This document shows positions 56,574 to 62,894 of a stretch of DNA of 64,000 nt, piece by piece. Under the pieces are notes generated by a model. The model had not been told where the DNA came from, searched no databases, and was given only the letters and a program-made list of their open reading frames with translations. How positions within the stretch are numbered: the stretch's first letter is position 1; each line of letters starts with the position of its first letter. Both the position numbers and the translations under genes were made by a program. The stretch is from the IMG/VR virus record IMGVR_UViG_3300010885_076238, positions 62,001 to 126,000 of that record. The stretch is one strand, 5' to 3'.

Positions 56574-56606
56574 AATATTAATAATTCCAAACCGTTATAC
56601 AGTATG
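56574..56606 (+). repeat. 33-bp promoter/start repeat identical to 57271-57303
   Basis: AATATTAATAATTCCAAACCGTTATACAGTATG at both sites; the last 23 nt also at 57927-57949. Confidence 0.9.
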
Positions 56607-57272
56607 AGATACGAAAAAGTAGAACCAAGAGAAATTAAATACTACTACAGCAACTATATTGAGAACGAAAATGTAACAAACTTCTTCGCACAAAAATACG
56701 CGGGAGATAAAACCACCACAGAAGAACTAAACCTACTACAAATTCTTATCTCAAATGTTACAAAAAATATACTTGAAAAAACAAAATCAACCCAAGATTG
56801 TATAGTATTTGACCCTACCACAGAAGATTTTTTTGTAACCGATCTAGATTCTTTCCAAAATCAACGCAGTTTTTTCTACCGAAGCGACTTTACTGATTTT
56901 TCAACTAAATGGAACGAAAATTGTTTACCAAGTTTACATAATGCAAAATTAATAAAAAATCGAAAAGTAGATACGCTGCTTTTTGATAATGTTCGACAAC
57001 ACCTAGATGAAAAAGTATTTAATGCTCTATTGGCTACCGCCGCTTTTTGCCAAGATGAACTCAAAAATTACACAAATGTTTCTTGCGGCTTCTTATTCAA
57101 ATTCTTATCCACTCAGCACTACAACGCACATAAAGAAAAATATTATGAGCAAATAAGTCAAGAATATTACATTTGCAAACAGTACGAAGGACAAGTTGTT
57201 ATAGCAAACAAAAAAACAGTAAATTTAATGCCTATCGAATGGAATGATGTAAATATTGATTATAACCCTTAA
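56604..57272 (+). CDS. hypothetical protein
   Basis: Leaderless; degenerate LDEKVFNALLA motif. Confidence 0.7.
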   Translation: MRYEKVEPREIKYYYSNYIENENVTNFFAQKYAGDKTTTEELNLLQILISNVTKNILEKTKSTQDCIVFDPTTEDFFVTDLDSFQNQRSFFYRSDFTDFSTKWNENCLPSLHNAKLIKNRKVDTLLFDNVRQHLDEKVFNALLATAAFCQDELKNYTNVSCGFLFKFLSTQHYNAHKEKYYEQISQEYYICKQYEGQVVIANKKTVNLMPIEWNDVNIDYNP

Positions 57273-57300
57273 TATTAATAATTCCAAACCGTTATACAGT

Positions 57301-57921
57301 ATGCAAGAATTCAACGAAATTATTATTAAGTCAATATTTAAGAAATTAAATATTGATTGCCTCATTCTAAGCCAAAAAGATTTCGTCGCTCACGATAAAG
57401 AAGATTGCTGGGTAAATCACAAACTAAGAAAGAAAATCTTCGCCCTAAAAAATGACAAAGTGTCCCTCGTAGAACTCAGCCTAAAAGACTCATTGCCCGA
57501 AAAAGTCTACAACTATATCTTGGCAGAATCCTTGGCTAAAGATTCTAAAGAATTATTAAAAAGCCCAAGAGAAATCCTTATGGATATGTGGAAAAACTTT
57601 CGTCCAGACCTAGATGATGAATTATTTGATGATGATTGCGGCAACGACGAAAGAAACGAAAGAAACGGAGCAATGGAATTTATAAGTTATTGGATCTTCT
57701 TGTATCTAGAAAATAATGAAGTAAAAATTAAATACTCTGTGCGTGACGTTAAACGCTCAGGATGGAACAACGAAGAAGTAAAAATTCCAGATATAATATC
57801 AATAAGAACATCAGAAGATGACCTCAAATACCAAGAAAAAACCAACCTTATAATCTCAGAAGATGACCTCAAAAACCCTATGTGGGAAAAAATCTGCTGC
57901 AAAGATAATTGGATAAAATAA
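57301..57921 (+). CDS. hypothetical protein (paralogue of 54470-55174)
   Basis: Leaderless ATG 57301; LPEKVYNYILA. Confidence 0.75.
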   Translation: MQEFNEIIIKSIFKKLNIDCLILSQKDFVAHDKEDCWVNHKLRKKIFALKNDKVSLVELSLKDSLPEKVYNYILAESLAKDSKELLKSPREILMDMWKNFRPDLDDELFDDDCGNDERNERNGAMEFISYWIFLYLENNEVKIKYSVRDVKRSGWNNEEVKIPDIISIRTSEDDLKYQEKTNLIISEDDLKNPMWEKICCKDNWIK

Positions 57922-57966
57922 TAATTATTCCAAACCGTTATACAGTATGAACCAAAAGGAAGCCAA

Positions 57967-58593
57967 ATGACTAAATACCCACCTATCGATCCAAAAGAAG
58001 TCTACGACAGCCTCTATACCCGTTCTAAGAATATTGTAGACTGGTATGAGTTTCTCGGAGATCACAATATCGAAACAATCTCATACTTAGACCCTTGCAC
58101 TATGGAATCTAAGGGAAATAAATTCGTTGTTTGTGACGATCCTGCCGGTGGACGTTCTCTTAAAATCCCTGAGCAACTTGCCCACGAAATTAGAGGAAAT
58201 CCTTATTTTGATGTTGAAGCAACCGATGCTGACCTTCCAAGAATCGAAGCCGCACTAGACAATCTCTCAGAACAAGATAAAGAAATTGTCGAAAAAGCAA
58301 AAGAATACGGCGACGGTTCTGGAAATAGAAACACAGAAGTTTCTCTCACCGTTAATCTATATTGCAATTGGGACGGCGATCTATTATTTCCAACAGTAAT
58401 CGTAGACGAAATAGCCAATCACGATACCCTCAAATATGGGGTAAATTGGGATAAAGCAAAAGAACTTGAACATAAGGCGAAAAAAGAAGTTCTTAATAAA
58501 GTCGCCCAATATAAGAACATCGTTATTAAAATCGCCACAGAACTTAAAATTAACTCACACGATGTTCATGAGTATATTATGGGATGGGGATGA
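57967..58593 (+). CDS. hypothetical protein
   Basis: AAGGA RBS; promoter at 57917-57941. Confidence 0.75.
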   Translation: MTKYPPIDPKEVYDSLYTRSKNIVDWYEFLGDHNIETISYLDPCTMESKGNKFVVCDDPAGGRSLKIPEQLAHEIRGNPYFDVEATDADLPRIEAALDNLSEQDKEIVEKAKEYGDGSGNRNTEVSLTVNLYCNWDGDLLFPTVIVDEIANHDTLKYGVNWDKAKELEHKAKKEVLNKVAQYKNIVIKIATELKINSHDVHEYIMGWG

Positions 58594-58717
58594 TGAAAAT
58601 TAGATTTCAAGATGAAATTATGCAAAAGCATTACGAGTCTTTAATAAAAGATGGGTATCATTGGAAAATAGCAGAAATCAAAACAATAAAAAGATTTGAA
58701 GAATATGACCAATAAGA

Positions 58718-59098
58718 TTACCCCAATGCTTTTTTAATTTGTCCACTATCCAACGCAGGACTTCTTAATTTCGCAACAACATAATCCCTAAGTTGCTTAC
58801 TACTCACTTTTCTCAGTTCTCCCACAATGCCATTGTTTTTTATCACAGGCAGTTCCATCAAATTATCCACGCCCAAAGGCTCTGTAGCATCGTAATACCT
58901 TCCATCGTAATAAATGAAAGCATGAGCATCATCTGCAAATAATTGACCCGATTTTAAATAATATTTAGCAGCCAATGCCCAATTATAACAATGACCACGA
59001 TTAATAATCTCTGGACTCATTCCAGAAAATATTTTTTCACTTATAATCGATAAATCAACCGATTCTAATATGTTGTAAAATTTATAAAAATTAATCAT
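58718..59098 (-). CDS. Cys-His-Asp (transglutaminase/papain-like) protein with capsid-targeting-like N-terminus
   Basis: MINFYKFYNILES; NRGHCYNWA, HAF, YYDA; ATAAATA on minus strand at 59105-59111. Confidence 0.6.
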   Translation of the reverse strand: MINFYKFYNILESVDLSIISEKIFSGMSPEIINRGHCYNWALAAKYYLKSGQLFADDAHAFIYYDGRYYDATEPLGVDNLMELPVIKNNGIVGELRKVSSKQLRDYVVAKLRSPALDSGQIKKALG

Positions 59099-59139
59099 CT
59101 TAATTATTTATCCAAGAATTTAATAATTGTAAATAATGA

Positions 59140-59676
59140 GTGGAAAAAAATATATCACTCATAGGAAATTGCCAAACAACAGCATTATGTAAGTTTCTCA
59201 GACAACTAAAATATAACGCTAAATGGCTATGCTTTGAAACAGAATGGATAAATTCCAATTGGCCCAAAAACCAATCATTGTTTCAAAATCAAATTCAACA
59301 TAATATCTTCGACCAAAACGATTGTGTAAACTTCCTAAAAATATCAGATATTATCATATTCCAACCAAATTACTTACATTGCAATGTAGTTGATAATTAT
59401 AAAAATGATACCGCCCAAACTATTACACTATCTCCCGTTTTTGTTAATAATTTAGATTACATCTTAGAAAAAGAATCAAAATATCAAACCAATGTTAAAA
59501 TATCCAGTATCATCAGCCAATACCCTAAAGAAAAATTGTACGTTATAAACGATAACCACCTATCAACACTACTAACACTAGAAATACTAAAACAAATAGC
59601 CAACTTGGCTAACCTGCAATTCTTCGACAATATCACCTACCAAGAATTAATAAAAATACAATACCCTAATTATTAA
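59140..59676 (+). CDS. WcbI-like polysaccharide-biosynthesis protein
   Basis: LIGNCQTTAL...DIIIFQP. Confidence 0.5.
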   Translation: MEKNISLIGNCQTTALCKFLRQLKYNAKWLCFETEWINSNWPKNQSLFQNQIQHNIFDQNDCVNFLKISDIIIFQPNYLHCNVVDNYKNDTAQTITLSPVFVNNLDYILEKESKYQTNVKISSIISQYPKEKLYVINDNHLSTLLTLEILKQIANLANLQFFDNITYQELIKIQYPNY

Positions 59677-59723
59677 TTTTCCCAAATCGTTATCTCATAT
59701 CAACCCGACATAAGGATAAAACC

Positions 59724-60035
59724 ATGCCATTTGCTCTTTACCCCTCAAGAACGTACTCTCAAGATTTAGAACTGCTCAAAGAATTGGGCATAAAGCCATT
59801 CCAAGCACCAGACCAAGAAGAAATTCTAGTCGGTCAATATAAGCCGCCACACCACAAAAGAGCAAAAGTGAAAATATGGGTGAGTTGTATGCCTGCTCAA
59901 TTTTGGCGATTTGAGATCATCACAGAAGAAAACAAGAAGTTTGAAGTTCAAACCGGCTCAGGATGTTTATCAGAATATTGGCCGGGAGTATTGAAAATCG
60001 CAGAAGGTATGATGGAAGTGAAATCACTAAAATGA
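59724..60035 (+). CDS. hypothetical protein
   Basis: AAGGA RBS; variant promoter at 59669-59693. Confidence 0.7.
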   Translation: MPFALYPSRTYSQDLELLKELGIKPFQAPDQEEILVGQYKPPHHKRAKVKIWVSCMPAQFWRFEIITEENKKFEVQTGSGCLSEYWPGVLKIAEGMMEVKSLK

Positions 60036-60594
60036 ATTTATTAATTATTGTGGGTTATCTACCCAAATCTAACCTTTTATAATATTTAGCTGTGGGAAAC
60101 TAACCCATCTGCACAAATTTTGGTTCACCTAATAAATTAAATAATGGCTAATATTTAATTATAAAAATAGGGTCTAGTTAAATTAAGTAATAAATTTATT
60201 AAAAAAGGTAGTGCTTAGACCCCCTTTATAATTATAACTAACTAACGGGGAAATATAGTTTTCTAATAAAATCTAAGGGTTTCTAGTAAAATCTAGGTAA
60301 AAACAATGTATATTACTAATTATGAGTATCTGAGTGCGTTATTGAGTGTATTATTGATGGGAGTTGGGTTGGGGCTTTCATTGAGTAAGCTATTTTTTGT
60401 TGAATAATTAAAAAATAAGTAGAAAATAATCTCTTCTGCACAAATTTTGGTAGAGATTATATAGAAAATTAATAAAAAATAGTTTTTACGATATTGGGTG
60501 GTACTTTTTTTAAAGTAAAAAGACACCTGATGTTTATTTTGTATCTGGTATAATAATATTTTGTCTTATTCGATATGGTATACCGGAGGATAGA
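60036..60594. other. putative replication origin / strand-asymmetry switch
   Basis: Longest largely non-coding AT-rich tract; C>G to the left, G>C to the right; contains direct repeats, palindromes and hairpins. Confidence 0.55.
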
Positions 60595-61341
60595 ATGGCT
60601 AAGATAAACTTATTGGACTTTTCTAAGACGTTCTCGTTGAATAGTCATGGATACAGGGGAGATTACTGGTCTAATTCTACTATAGGCGCTCCTGCTGGCG
60701 GGGGTGCTTGGACATTATCTTCTGATTTTGAAGTTGCTGTTATCAATAAGATAGTTAGTTGGAGTGATTGGAAGGGTTGTCCTGAGAATATTTTGTTATT
60801 GGCCTTTTTTAAGAAGGCTGGGAAGTTATCGGACAACAGTATTTTCTACAGCAATATTAATTCAATAAAGAGACATAGTCATTGGCGTGGATGTGACGTA
60901 GTTTATACATTTTGTAGGAATGTATTGAAGGGTAGGTTGCCGAGTGGAGCGGAGGGGAATTTTCTTTCGGACATATGGGATAATCATTATGGTAGTAGGT
61001 TTGCATATAAGTATGCTAAGTATGTGATTCGTGGTCGGTTGCCTGTGGAGTATGAGAAGGGTTGTCAGAGTCTTGATTACTTGGGATTTTTGGAGACTAA
61101 GGGGATAGAGATTAGTGATATATTAATTAATAGTACGGCTTTATCCTTTAGTTACTACAAGTATTTTTATCATTTGCCTGAGGTTGTTCATAATTTTATG
61201 TTGGCGATGCAGTTGAGTGGAGATGGTTATGCTTCTGCTTATTTCCGTCAGCGTAATAAGGATGATGTTTTGATAAAGAACAGGTTGAAGATGGTTGATC
61301 CTAATAAGACTGTGAAGGAAGTATTGATGGGGTTGAAATGA
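60595..61341 (+). CDS. LP-HN-M family protein
   Basis: KGRLP/RGRLP units; HLPEVVHNFMLA; terminal KTVKEVL; GGAGG; promoter AATAAT-N13-CGATAT at 60552-60576. Confidence 0.75.
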   Translation: MAKINLLDFSKTFSLNSHGYRGDYWSNSTIGAPAGGGAWTLSSDFEVAVINKIVSWSDWKGCPENILLLAFFKKAGKLSDNSIFYSNINSIKRHSHWRGCDVVYTFCRNVLKGRLPSGAEGNFLSDIWDNHYGSRFAYKYAKYVIRGRLPVEYEKGCQSLDYLGFLETKGIEISDILINSTALSFSYYKYFYHLPEVVHNFMLAMQLSGDGYASAYFRQRNKDDVLIKNRLKMVDPNKTVKEVLMGLK

Positions 61342-61829
61342 ATATATTGGGTAGAATTTTATTGATAATTCCTTTTTGTAAATTGTTATATGATTACGTT
61401 CCTTCCTTGGACTTTTATAGTCTTAATTATCCTCTTGGAGCGTGGCTATTAATTTTATTGGGTTTGATTTCAATTTTATTTAATATTAGTAGAATATTGG
61501 GTATAATTTACATATTGGTTGGGTATGGGTTATACAGTTATTTTATACAGAGTGATATTTATAGTTTGTGGCCGGTTGGTGGTTTAATTTTATTAATTAG
61601 ATCAGATGTTAGTAAGAAGGTTGTGGAGAAGGTTGTTCCTGTAAAGGAGAAGGCAGTTGAGAAGGTAGTTCCTGCAAAGAAGAAAGTTGTAGTTGAGAAG
61701 GTAGTTCCTGTAAAAATTAATAAAACGAAGTCTGATGAATATTGGGAGAGGTATGACGCTCGCAATAAAAAGAATTTGTTTTTTAACTTAAAAGACAAAT
61801 TTAATAAATTATTGGTAGTGGGTAGGTAG
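61338..61829 (+). CDS. membrane protein with EKVVP repeats
   Basis: 3-4 TM segments, then three EKVVP units. Confidence 0.7.
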   Translation: MNILGRILLIIPFCKLLYDYVPSLDFYSLNYPLGAWLLILLGLISILFNISRILGIIYILVGYGLYSYFIQSDIYSLWPVGGLILLIRSDVSKKVVEKVVPVKEKAVEKVVPAKKKVVVEKVVPVKINKTKSDEYWERYDARNKKNLFFNLKDKFNKLLVVGR

Positions 61830-61949
61830 TAAATTAAAAAAAATTAAGTGTGGTTTTTTGCGGGGAAAAGTGAGCTTTACAAGAAAAAAAATTGGGCTAA
61901 AATGTTTGTTGTGTTTACGGTAAAATTTTTTTCACATGGAGGCTAAATT

Positions 61950-62423
61950 ATGCCCGCTGGAAGACCAAAGGGATCGAGTGGAACTAACAAGAGTTCGATT
62001 ATTCGGGAATACATTAAAGCTAATCCCACAGCGACTACGAATGAAGTGATGGAGGCGTTGGGTCAGAAGGGCATTGAGGTTAGTCAAGCTCTTGTGGCTG
62101 GAGTACGTTCTAGGGAGATGCGTGGCCCTGGGAATAAGAGTCGCAAGCGTGGTGAGATCACGGTTAGCGAATTGAATAGTATTAATGCGATGGTGGAGAA
62201 GTTTGATGATCGTTCTGTAATTATGAATATTATAGACGACATGACGACCTTGATTAAGGAAATTGGTGGTATTGATCGTTTTGAAGAAGCGATGAAGGAG
62301 TTCCAGAATTGGAAGCCTGAGTCTGAATCTTTGAAGGCGGAAGCTGCTTCTGACATATCTGGTGATGACGATGATGAGGATTCGGATGATGATGAGGACG
62401 AGGATGAAGACGAGGACGAATGA
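61950..62423 (+). CDS. AT-hook + winged-helix nucleoid-type protein with acidic tail
   Basis: GRPKGS; NKSSIIREYIKANPTATTNEVMEAL...GIEVS; poly-D/E tail; TTTACA-N16-TAAAAT at 61876-61903; GGAGG. Confidence 0.7.
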   Translation: MPAGRPKGSSGTNKSSIIREYIKANPTATTNEVMEALGQKGIEVSQALVAGVRSREMRGPGNKSRKRGEITVSELNSINAMVEKFDDRSVIMNIIDDMTTLIKEIGGIDRFEEAMKEFQNWKPESESLKAEAASDISGDDDDEDSDDDEDEDEDEDE

Positions 62424-62425
62424 AT

Positions 62426-62623
62426 TGGGAAGTTTTCGCTGACTTCCCATAGTTAAGCCTTCGGGTTAGGATCGCGGGTAATCCTTTAATTAACTGCCGT
62501 AGAGTTTTTAGAAGTTTCTGTAAGACTGAAATCTTCTATTGTTGGTTGCACAAATTTTAATAAAGAATATACTAGGGCCATTTCTGTGATATACTTTACA
62601 GAAGTGGCCTTAGTATTTCTTTA
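62426..62623 (+). ncRNA. candidate structured RNA (several hairpins)
   Basis: 8-bp stem 62426-62449; cUUCGg-containing junction 62451-62495; 28-bp stem 62561-62623 with 3 G-U pairs. Confidence 0.4.
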
Positions 62624-62671
62624 AACCAAGTAGGCATCTCCTGATGTTTATTTACTCAAGGAAGGGTAGGT

Positions 62672-62857
62672 ATGTTTAGGAATGAGAAGATAGTTGTTTT
62701 GGATATAGTTGATAGGTGTCTTAAGTTGGAGGATGATCGTGGTCAGATAATAAGTTTGATTTTTATTAAGGGTGGAAAATTAATAATTAAGGGTGAGTTG
62801 AAAGTTTCAGATAGTTCGATAGAGGCTCCAGAGATTAATTACTTGGATAAAAAATAA
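62672..62857 (+). CDS. hypothetical protein
   Basis: Short ORF with purine-rich leader. Confidence 0.55.
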   Translation: MFRNEKIVVLDIVDRCLKLEDDRGQIISLIFIKGGKLIIKGELKVSDSSIEAPEINYLDKK

Positions 62858-62894
62858 AAATAATTATGTATCGTTATGGGGTAGGAGACAAAAA

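Noticed and set aside
60049-60099. DnaA boxes
   Set aside because: TGTGGGTTA and TGTGGGAAA match TGTGGATAA at only 7/9; better explained as arms of the TGTGGG-N7-CCCA hairpins.
60320-60526. Minus-strand 68-aa ORF in the putative origin
   Set aside because: Low-complexity F/I/L/N product, no RBS. A 33-aa + strand hydrophobic ORF at 60306 is equally possible, and neither is supported well enough.
60036-60594. Chimeric assembly explaining the composition switch
   Set aside because: The same promoter motif and the same LP-HN-M family occur on both sides, and the skew builds gradually toward the site. Not fully excluded without reads.
4054-62450. Many antisense or nested ORFs in the track (e.g. 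4054-4407, 4271-4693, 9578-9877, 25183-25530, 28718-29032, 44207-44596, 48499-48903, 61932-62450)
   Set aside because: They shadow well-supported genes, lack RBS or promoter, and show mirror-image composition; 48499-48903 is just the antisense of the repeat.
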